A DNA stretch of 64,000 nt, taken from contig CDPCPM010000011.1 in NCBI GenBank assembly GCA_976551045.1, positions 11,966,001 through 12,030,000 on the forward strand, given 5' to 3'. Below are positions 53,815 through 64,000 of the stretch, one piece after another. Under the pieces are notes generated by a model, which saw only the letters and a program-made list of their open reading frames with translations, was not told the DNA's origin and ran no database searches. A program made the position numbers and the translations under genes. The stretch's first letter is position 1; each line of letters opens with the position of its first letter. The stretch is from Glaucostegus cemiculus. Taxonomy: Eukaryota.

Positions 53815-54865
53815 GAGTCACAGAATAGTAGAATAGAGCACTACAGCACAGAAACAGGCCCTTAGGCCCATCTAGTCCATGCCAACCTGATCTTCTGCCT
53901 AGTCCCATCTACCTGCAGCCGGACCACATCCCTCCAAATCCTTTCAATCCAGGTACCTATCCAAATTTTTCCTAAATGTTGCATTAAACCCGCATCCACC
54001 ACTTCCACTGGTAGCTCATTCCACACTCACACCACCCTCTGAGTGAAGAAGTTTCCCCTTAGACTCCCCTTGTATATTTCACCTTTCACCCTAAACTCAT
54101 ATCCTCTCGTTCTCGTCTCACCCAACCTTAGAGGAAAAAGCCTGCGTGCAATCACTCTATATATACCCCTCGTAATTTTGTATACCTCTATAAGATCTCC
54201 CCTCATTCTCCTGCAATCCAGGAAATGAAGTCCTAACCTATTCAACCTTTCCCTATAACTCAGGTCCTCAAGTTCCGGCAACATCCTTGTAAATTTTCTC
54301 TCACTCTTTCAAGCTAATTGATAGCTTTCCTGTAGGTAGGTGATCAGAAATGCACACAATACTCTAAATTTGGCCTCACCAATGCCTTGCACAACTTCAA
54401 CATAACATCCCAACTTCTGTACTCAGTGCCCTGGTTTATGAAAGCTAAAGTTCCAAAAGCTCTCTTTACGACCCTATCTACCCGTGAGGCCACATTCAAG
54501 GGACAATGGATCTGTATTCGCAGGTCCCTTTGTTCTATTGCACACCTCAGAGCCCTATGATTCACTGTGTAAATCTTACCTTTGTTGGTCCTCCCATTGT
54601 GCAACAATTCACACTTGTCTGCATTAGATTCCATCAGCCATTTTTCATCCCATTTTCCTACCTGGGTCAAGATCACTCTGCCAGCTTTGACATACTTCCC
54701 CGCTGTCCACTAAGTCCCAATCTTGGTGCCGTCTGCAAATTCGCTGATCCAGTTTACCACATTATCATCTAAATCATTAATATAGATGATAAACGACAAC
54801 GGACCCAACACCAATCCATTCGGCACACCACTAGTCACAGGCCTGCAGTCAGAGAGACTGGAGTT
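53815..54865 (-). mobile_element. Best-preserved CR1/HER1-like LINE, ~1.05 kb, 5'-truncated
   Basis: SGVPNGLVLGPLSFII, KFADGTKIG, KWLMESNADKCELLH, LVRPNLEYCVHF, MLPELEDLSYRERLNRLGL...RMRGDLIEVYKI...RGNFFTQRVV; frameshifts and stops present. Confidence 0.93.
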
Positions 54866-55664
54866 TTGTTTTGCAATTAGTGGAATCTACATATTACACT
54901 TACATTTTCTGTTATCTATTGTAACGTGTACCAGTAAATTTAGCAGTACATGGATCACAGGAACTGTTTTTAATAGTGGATTATAGATGGCAAAGCACAT
55001 CTAATAACATAGAGAATCATTCTTTGCATACCTCAATCAGCAACCACTTCAGGGCCTGATGGTTACTTATCTCAGTCCACTTATTCATCACACTAAGAAA
55101 AGCAAGTGCAGAAAAAACAGACAAGTTTTGCTCATTACTTGTCTTTGTTGGTTTGCTGTTATGCAGACTGGAACATGAATACAGGTAACAAATTGGTTTT
55201 GGTTCTGGATTTAAAGTATGTGGGTACAGATGTACAGGATTGATTTTAATATATACATTGCTCTCTTCTAATTAGATGTACAAATATTTGCCTAACGTGA
55301 CTGCTTCCCTACCTGGTTTTGGAAACAGCGAAATTTGTTGTTTTGCATTAAGTTCTGCTTGCTGGCATGTTAATGTCAGAGATCTTTTCTACTATAAAAA
55401 GGAGGCACCAACAGTTGGTTGATTTATCAGATCCTTACTAACATTTAAAAATTTCAATGGATAAGTTGGATGTTTCCAAACTTTGACTCGGAAACAACGG
55501 CTTTCCAAGACTGAAGTTACCTCTACAGGCAGATACTTAAACAGGTCTTATATCATTCATTGCTGCACAAATCCAGTACGTCCTGCAACTCTTATGATGC
55601 ACTGGTTTGCAACAATGCAATTTAGTGTCATTAAAAAAGAAAAACTGAGCATTTGTTCAAAATT

Positions 55665-56340
55665 GTGAGATGTTGGGAAATGATTATGTTCAAAGCAACA
55701 TGTAATAAAACACTGGAGGTGCAGCAGGCAATTAGGAAAGCACATAGTATCCTCACATTTATTGTAAGCGGATCCAATCGCAAGAGTTGCGATGCCTTTC
55801 TACAGTCATATAGGGTCTTGGTATAACCACACTGGAAGTATAAAGTTGAATTTTAATCTCCTTGCCTAGAAAAGGACATATCTACTGTAGAGGGAGGGCA
55901 GCAAAGATGCACCAGATTGGTAGCTGGGATGGAAGGCTTGTCCTGTAGGGAATGATTGAGTAGGTTGGCTTTTTTTTTATTTCAGAAGAATGAGAAGTTA
56001 ACTAATTGAAACATACAAAATTCTTACAGGGATCAATAGTGTAGATTTGGGGAGGCTGTTTCCATAGGCAAGAGGAATCTAGAGTAACAGTCACCAGAGT
56101 CTCAAAATGAGGAATTGAAGACTGAAGTGAGGAGAAATTTATTCACTTAAAGGTGGCAGCTTTGTAGAATTCTCTGCTCTGGAGGGCTGAAGAGGCCCAA
56201 TCATTGATTGTATTCAGAACTGAAATTGATAACTTTCTGGTTGTTAGAAGAATCAAGGGGTATTAGGCTAGGGCTGGAAAAGTGTGTTGAGGATCAGTCA
56301 ATGTGAATGGCAGAGCAGGCTTCAGGGACCTGTGTTCTTA
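55665..56340 (+). mobile_element. CR1 LINE 3' fragment
   Basis: GGTGCAGCAGGCAATTAGGAAAGC, GGTCTTGGTATAACCACACTGGA, GAAACATACAAAATTCTTACAGGG, GAATGGCAGAGCAGGCT tail. Confidence 0.8.
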
Positions 56341-57547
56341 AACAATAATTCAAAAACAAATCTAGTAGAGACCAAGTTCATCTTGTAGGAGTTCACTGAA
56401 CTCCTATACTATGTTTGTCTCCAGCCTCAAATACTCTTTGAATTTCATTTTGATTATAAAAGAAATTACTGTTCATTAAATATTTCTACTCTGTAGAAGC
56501 GGAGATAAGAAAATTAGAAGAGAATACTCAATACAAAAAGGTTTGTGGTGTTAATACATCACTATTTCAAAAGACAAATCAATTAAATGCAAAACAATTC
56601 AGGAGCTTTACTGAAATATACTAAAAATCTTTAAAATGAGTTCATTCAGTTCAATTAACATAATCATTAAGTTTTGACTAAGTTTTTGTATTTTTCCTAA
56701 TTCTAGAATAGAGCAACAAAAAATCTGCTAAACTTTGCAATATCATACTGTAGCCCCAAAAAAGTACTTCATTTCATAAATGAATGTTAATTGATTGAAA
56801 TTTTGTGTTTGAAATCCTGTTTACTAATCATTTTGCATTGTGTAATATAATTCAGACAAATGAAAAACGACTTTAATAGGAGCAGACTGTTTGAATTAAA
56901 AACTTGCATAAAATCTTCAGAGCACTGATGGACAGCAGTTATTTCATATTAAAGAGATGTTGTTGACAACTTTGTCTGATCCAAAAAGCTGGCTACAATC
57001 TCATCCAACAGCAAGATCTGGCATGCAGTGAAGGAAGAGCCATGGTGGGAAGATAGGAATCTATATGTTGTCTACAACAGACAATATCAGAGCGGCAGAT
57101 ACAATTTCCACTGGAATCTTAATGCTACACAAGTGTTATGCTGAAGTTTGTGAAACATCAGAGAAGTGTTTTTCGTAGCAGGAAGCAGAGAAAAAGTTTA
57201 GTGATGCAGATCTGTATTGGCAGAGTCTGTAAACTATAAGTGTGGTAAATGTAAAGTGTGGCAAATGGAACAAAGTATTTGTGATTACATAAAAGTAGTT
57301 GGGGAATAAAAGAGACTGGAACATGTTAAAATGACAAAAAATATATGTGTGGGGGAGATTTATTAAAAAGGGAGAGGAGTATGGACATGTAAAATACTCA
57401 GATCAGATTAAAACTCCTTAAACAAGCTGTCTACTCCAAGCTCATGCTATCAGGGCAAGTGATTCCAGAATAGAGCAAACACTCCGAGAATTTTCCTTAA
57501 AGCCTCCCTGAAAAAAAATGCAACACCCTTATGGACTCATGGGAATC

Positions 57548-57640
57548 TGTAATAAAAACAGAAAAGTGCTGGAGGTACCCAGCAGATCAGGCAGTTTCTG
57601 TGGAGAGGAAAACTGAACTAATATTTCATATAAATGTCCT
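57548..57640 (-). mobile_element. Single Penelope-type terminal repeat
   Basis: AAAAACAGAAAAGTGCTGGAGGTACCCAGCAGATCAGGCAGTTTCTGTGGAGAGGAAA, a reverse-complement match to 27875-27935 and 27995-28055. Confidence 0.6.
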
Positions 57641-57644
57641 GTCA

Positions 57645-57924
57645 AAAGCGTTTTGACTTTCAAGAATCCCCAGCCTAAGACTGGTCAAATTTGAGCAACA
57701 TCCAGGCAGGCAATCAGAACTTCAGACTTCCAACAGGAGCACAAGAAGGTCAAGTGCAAACAGCAAAGGAGTGTGTAATAATGTAGAGTAGCCCACCAAT
57801 TCGATCCCTCAAGCTGTCTTCTCCATCTAAGTCACAGTCTACAGATCCAACATTGGTCACCTTAAAACTCAGAGAACTGAAGTGGAAGCAAGACATCTTA
57901 ACCCCATGGGACTGTCGAAGAAGA
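57645..57924 (+). mobile_element. RTE LINE 3' end
   Basis: CATTGGTCACCTTAAAACTCA..GTGGAAGCAAGACATC..GAAGAAGA matches 29530-29610. Confidence 0.6.
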
Positions 57925-59418
57925 CCGTGTGGTCTTTATAGTTTTTTTTGCATTACAGGTAATATTCAGTGGAAATAATGAATCAAGACCTGTGTGAGGA
58001 TAACTTGTGCACTGCACAGAGAGAAAGATAGGCAATACTTGAGTGCAACATTTACAACCAGATTTTTGTTAAACATATAATTCTAAACAATAGTGAGGCT
58101 ACTTGGTTTTGTAACAAAGGAAGTGTTTTATATTTCCTTCTCCCTTCTCTTTTTAGCAGCTCTTTGTACTTGAGGGGAAAAGCAATCCATGACTAAAACG
58201 TTGCAACAGTTAACCATGTAACTTGTTAGGCTGTATATAGATATACTCCACATAACACTGCCCTATAATTTTTCAGCCTTTCTGTAGGGACGTGCTTCCC
58301 CTACCATTCAAGGCCTCATTATGTCACAGCAGAAATTAGGAATTCAGTGCGACGGCAGTCACCGGCACGACTTGGAGCACACTGCATCGGAGTGTCGACA
58401 CTCCATCAGCAGCTCCTCCTATTTACTCAGTACACATGCAGCATGGCCCTTTCTTTTAAGGAGAAAAAACAAACTACACAGCTTTCTCAGATTCCAAGGT
58501 GTATTCTAAGCAGAGGCCCTTTGTGAAAACTTTTCCTAGATTAGGTTGTATTGTCAACTAAAGGTATGGGCAAGAGATTGGGGCTACAATGCCTATTTAG
58601 TTTATCACTCCAGCACGCAAGTTTCTCTAGTAAACATAATAAGCATTCTCTTATAGCCTAATAAAATACAGCACTCACCCAATAAGCCAAATTATGAGGC
58701 CTAGGCTGGTTACCCAAATTGTTCTCAATCAGATAGTCTTAGTGCCCTTGTTCTAGTGAATGCAAAGATAGTCAGCCATAGTTCCTATTTGCAAATGGAG
58801 CAGAAGTGGTTTCAAAGAGAGAGCTCAATGTCAATTCTGAATTCAAGGCAAGCATAGCAATAAACAATTTAGTTGGGGTTCTTTACTCATGGAGACCGGG
58901 GTAGGCTGGCTGGAACAAATTAGGCTGGTCAATGCAACTCGAAGGCTCAGGGAAGGGCAGAGAGAAGGCTGATGCTCACAAACAGCAAGTATTCTCCTGT
59001 CCTCAGTGCCATTTTAACAATAATGACAGGGTGGAGCTATTTTTGCACTGTTAGCTTAGTGTGTCTTGACAAGAACCCGAGAGGGGAATGGGAGAAATCC
59101 CAATCCACGAATGGATAGTGCCAGGGTTCAATCTGTGTTATTACAGTTGGTGAGCTGTCCATGCCAAATAGGTAGTCCCCAGCTGCTCCACGGTGAAATC
59201 AAACAGGAGACTGGGCCATAGGCAGCCAGCAGAAGAGCTCAAGAAAGATACTGAGGGAAAATGCAAAGGGAAGGTGACCAGTTTGGGAATGTTGAGGTGG
59301 CCAGAAGGGAGTGGGTTGTGTTGGTGATCAGGGTGTGAAGCTAACAGAGGTGAATATCAGGGAAAATGAGGTTGAGGTAAGTTGCAGGTGAAAGCTGGTA
59401 GTGGCTGCATAATTTCAA

Positions 59419-59726
59419 TGCGAGATTGACAGGAGAAATTCCAACCCCACATTCAGTGAGGTATAGTTTAAACACTCACTATTTTGTTTGGAGCATGCAT
59501 TGGTTTTTTAGCTACACTTGAACTCAGGCCACATGTGGATTCTCCTGAGCACAGCCAGCATGGTACTGGCTGTGTTCAAGGCAATGCAGTTTGGCTGGCT
59601 GTGCTCAGGATGTGGCTGAAGTTCAAGCGCAGCTTTAAAAAAAGTTGTACGTTCCAAACAAAATGGTGAGCGTTTAAACTATAATTCACTGAAGGTGGGG
59701 CTGGGCTTTCTCCTGTCAACTTTGCA
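59419..59726. repeat. Long imperfect inverted repeat (fold-back/MITE-like), arms ~135-140 bp
   Basis: 59419-59499 vs 59646-59726: 67/81 complementary without gaps. Pairing continues inward to a perfect 17-bp stem, 59543-59559 / 59594-59610. Confidence 0.92.
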
Positions 59727-62700
59727 GTACTTTTGGGCTCCACATGCACATCCTGGTCCCTACATTGGAGGCTCAGGAGGTGGTTTGGCATTGCACGATC
59801 ACATTTATTGCATGTAGAATGCAAGAACAAGAAGAACATTTATCCCCTTCCCATCATAGAGTTGAAGTTTAAACAATATAGTTTACCTTTATATTTTGTG
59901 AAACTATTCCAAACATTCAGAACTTGTGCATACCTGTTCACCTCCCCAAAAGTGTAAGTTCTCAATTCACTCCTCTCTAGTTTACATTTACCTCCTCTGA
60001 TTCTTTCTCAAATCCTTGTTCGTAGTACACCTCCTTAACACCTTTGATCAATCTTGCTGCTGAAGCAAATTAACATATGCTTTCCACAAAATCTTGGCTC
60101 AATCAACTAACTCTGGAGAAAATTCAAAAACTACTTTTGTAGCAAACTTATGCAGCTATTACAACCTGATTGCAATTAAGCTCTGTGGGTTGGTGCCATT
60201 AGATGTGACGTAGGTTGGAAGTGTTCTGAAGGTCACATAAAACGTGCTGGTAATAGAAATACTTTTTTGTTATCTAGTTTTTATTACTGTTAAGAACAAT
60301 TCCAAATCATCATCTACTTTCCCAGCAAATGAACACTGACATTAAGATGCCTGCTGAATAGAGTACATTCTGTACATTCATGGATCTCGCCACCACTATC
60401 CTCTCTCCATATTTCAGTTACTTTTTAAACTAGGCAGAACTCCAAGTCAAAATGTTTTCATTAACAACTTTTTGCTGGAGGTAGCAAATGTAGTCAAACC
60501 AGGGTTCACTTGCCAACTACTATTTATCTTTTTTTTCCTAAGGCAGTAATAGTTACCATGTCGAGCTCTGCTCACAGTAGCTCCTTGGCAGTTACAGATT
60601 TATATATACACACACACAAAACAAAATGTAACCAGAAAATGTTAGAAGATAACAGTGAACAATTATGCTGAAAAATGATTGGAATGACTCAGGTTTCACA
60701 CATAAAAAGAACCTAATTCAAAAGACTGGCTCAGTAACTTCTACATTCCCAATCAATACAAATTATGGTTAGTAGTACTCCAGCACCAGTTACAGAATTT
60801 TGTTTGGACATTACATATTTAATTTGCACACCACATGCACTCTTTTTTTTGGTGGAAATAGCAAGTAAACTAGCAGGAATCACTTTTTTTTAAAGAAGTG
60901 TTACTCAATGCCAGAAGGTAAGGTGAGCAAAACAGGTAACTGCATATGTTCAGTCCAGGCAAACGATTTGTGGTTCCCAAACTGAAAACCCAATGTTAAT
61001 ATGTTACAAGCTAAAGCAATTATCAAAATTAGTCACCAGCAGTCACAGGCTTCAAAGCACATTTCAGAATCATACTCATCTGGGTAAGGGAAAGTTTTTA
61101 GCATTTTGAGGAACTTCAAAACCAGCAGTGTGATGAAGCCTTGGCCTGCAGATTCAAGGAAACAGCTCTAATCCTTTGGGCTTTCAAGTATGTATTCCAA
61201 TTCAAATGGGTTGGCCCAGACCTTCATATTTTATTAGGGACTTGCCGAACACACACAAACATTTATAGGATCACACAATATACCCTCTGTGTGCCTCCAG
61301 GCAGACAGCCAATCAGCTTGGGGGTACCCAACGCCCAAGCACCTGCTGATTTTTATCGATAACAGATGCAATTCTGTTTTTCACATCAGATGCTGAGGAA
61401 ACAATCGCTTCAAAAAATGTAAAATGCTGTTAGAGTCAAGACTGAATAGAAAGTACAAGGAACTAAAAGTCTGCAAATTCTTCTATATTTATCTTCACCT
61501 TTCAGGAAAATACTTTCAGCGTGACCAGTCAATAGTATCTTTTTCATTGTATAATATAGGAACATTATTCAAATTGTAACAATGAGTGACATTTTCACAA
61601 TACCTAACTTTAACAGTTCACTTTAACTTTCAGGTGAGAGCCATTAATATAGCTGTACAATACAATATATATAAAAAGTAGTCAGCTGTCATACTGGAGG
61701 TAATGGTATGCTGGCTGAATTATTACCGGTAGAAAAGTATTGAAAATTATAAACAACATCACGTCCCTTCACTGCCAGTTGTAAATAAGTATCTACCCTG
61801 AAGGCTACAAAACAAATGACTTGTTTCCAAAGCAAACCTCTGACTAACTCTGTGTATCTGCATTACATCACTGATACTTAAGTTGAACTTTAAATATCTA
61901 TAAAACTACTCACTTCCTGCAGTATTACACAGAATACTGTATTTTTTCTGGGGTGGAATGTGGTCCAGTGATCACTAGTGTTGAACTCTCTACACCCCAA
62001 ATCTGTGACCTCAAATGAACAAGTTATCCAAATACCTCACCTGGGCAAATGCAAAATCGTTCATCTGTTAAGACTGCACAGACTAGATTTTTACCTGGCA
62101 CATTAACAAATCTATAAAAAAATCTATCATTAATAATTCAGAATTCATTAATATATGTACACCTGAGATACTTTTTGTATTTCTCAACCATTTTCCTTAC
62201 AAATGTACAATTGTTGCCATGTAAACACAATGAATTAAAACAGGTATGATTTATTAATTCATGCATTTCTTTTATACTTTGCTAGTGATGCAAAGCTTTT
62301 AATGATATATTATCATGGTAAATTGTTTGCCCCACACCACTAACCTTGAGAAATTCTGGCAATTCTAAACAACAAAAATGAAAATAAATGTGGGATAATC
62401 AATTTCATTAGTTGAAATCAATAAAAAAAAATCAAATTCCACCAAGCCGGATGATGTAGCACAGCTGGAAGCTGGATGGGCAACACCACTGGCACTGGCT
62501 GAGGCCTACAGTCCCTTCATCAATTACCACCCTTCATCCCCACAAAAGAACTTTCCTAATTCTCTTTGTCCCCTCAACAGTGTCTATGCCAGAAGCAAGA
62601 TTTGGCACCCATAACAATGTTGGGGCAGGGAGTAATGACAGCAAAAGTACTTGGGTTGAACACAGTCGGAGTATTTAATGAAAGTCACAAACCTCTAGAC

Positions 62701-64000
62701 ATGTCTGGAAGTGAAACAGCTGGGGCTGCTGTTGGAAACATGGATTGTACAATATGGCGGTAAGAGAGGATGGCAGTCCACAGACATACATTTCACATTT
62801 GAAAGTACCATGAAGCTTCTGGAAATATGGAACCAAGAAACTACTAGTTTATTTGCCTAGAATATCTTAAATCAAAAGTTGTGCTCAGTCATAAATGTAG
62901 CACCTTGATGATGGCATGTTGCCAGAATAACACAATTAAAAGGACTTAATTTCTCATCAAAAGTCCTTCAATTCTCCTGTTCTCTCTGTGGAAAAGATAA
63001 CTTGATTTCTGGATTCTAAAGCAATTTTGTTGCAAGTTGTCATGCTCCCCATTTCCTAATTGTGCATAACAGACAGACAACAGAAGAATTATTTCCTCAG
63101 GAAGAAAACCTACATAAATTTACAAAATAAATAACTGAAAAATATTTCTTAATAAACATAGCTTTACTCTACCAGAGATAATGAAATGGCAACCATGCAC
63201 ATATTGGTGGAATTGGGCAGAAGGTGGCATTACTACCAAAATATGATTGTAATATTGTAGGTTGAGAATTAAGCTTTCAATCAATTGTTCCTTCTGTTGT
63301 TGATATATTATTTTAATATAAAGGCTGCCAGAAAGTCTATCTACCTCTGCAGAAGCTGTCTGACTCTGTCAACAAAACCACAATAAGAAGTGAAGCAACT
63401 TTGACTTGATAGTTTAAATTACTGGCTAAACTCTGGTATATTAGAGAGATACTGAGACAGAGAAATGTACCAACATTGCTGGATTTTACTTGTCTAGGTT
63501 CAAAATAGATCCATTATTAAAGAAGTTGAAAAGGAAAGTAATAACACCTGTTTCCCATCAAAACAGATGGCCACAGGCTCACTAAAGAAAATATGACAGC
63601 CCCTGAACCATTTTCACATTGTAATTGGTCTAATTCTGCAACTGTGCAAAGCAGTAACATAAATTTACAATAGGATATCCAAATTGGTGCTTGTTAGCAT
63701 TGCAAGGACATGGGGTTTAATTACAGAGGCAAACAATAACTTTTAAGACAAGCATTGCTAAGTTTATTTAACAATGGTAACATCAAAGCCAAGAAAGATT
63801 GATGCCTAAATTCTTGCAGGAAAAAAATTCTAAGATTACAAAATATCCTTGCAAACCACTTCCTCTGGTCCCATTTGTAGTTTGGATGTCTAAGCAAATT
63901 GGATTGCTCTAATCATCCATGCAATTTGGATGCAAAATACCCATTTGAATTAAACCCATCTTACAAGATGAAAAATAATGCAAATTTTACAGATACAAAT

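Noticed and set aside
57915-57936. AAGACC-GTGT-GGTCTT hairpin after GAAGA
   Set aside because: The GAAGAAGA is the RTE 3' tail and no GAAA follows; not a ribozyme.

Overview
Eukaryotic, AT-rich vertebrate genomic DNA. The repeat content (V-SINE/HE1-like SINEs, CR1/HER1-like LINEs, Deu-domain SINEs, Penelope-associated termini) points to a cartilaginous fish, possibly a ray or sawfish; this is inference. Two minus-strand genes are partly present, in the conserved COX10 -> HS3ST3B1 order. COX10 contributes its last three coding exons (41191-41261, 32613-32845, 27102-27526), whose splice phases join in frame. HS3ST3B1 contributes its first coding exon (12858-13396) and a CpG-island promoter; its exon 2 was not found and should lie left of the window. 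The rest is intron or intergenic DNA with decayed CR1, RTE, SINE and Penelope-type relics, and most ORFs in the track are noise. No novel multi-gene system is evident. The most notable unexplained structures are: a stop-start-coupled chain of uORFs in the HS3ST3B1 leader; a ~16 kb CpG-retaining domain around that promoter; two locally templated insertions inside older repeats, one copying a candidate COX10 poly(A) cassette; a ~310 bp fold-back palindrome in COX10 intron 4; and degenerate hammerhead-ribozyme relics. Repeat boundaries are approximate and family names come from recalled consensus sequences, not searches.
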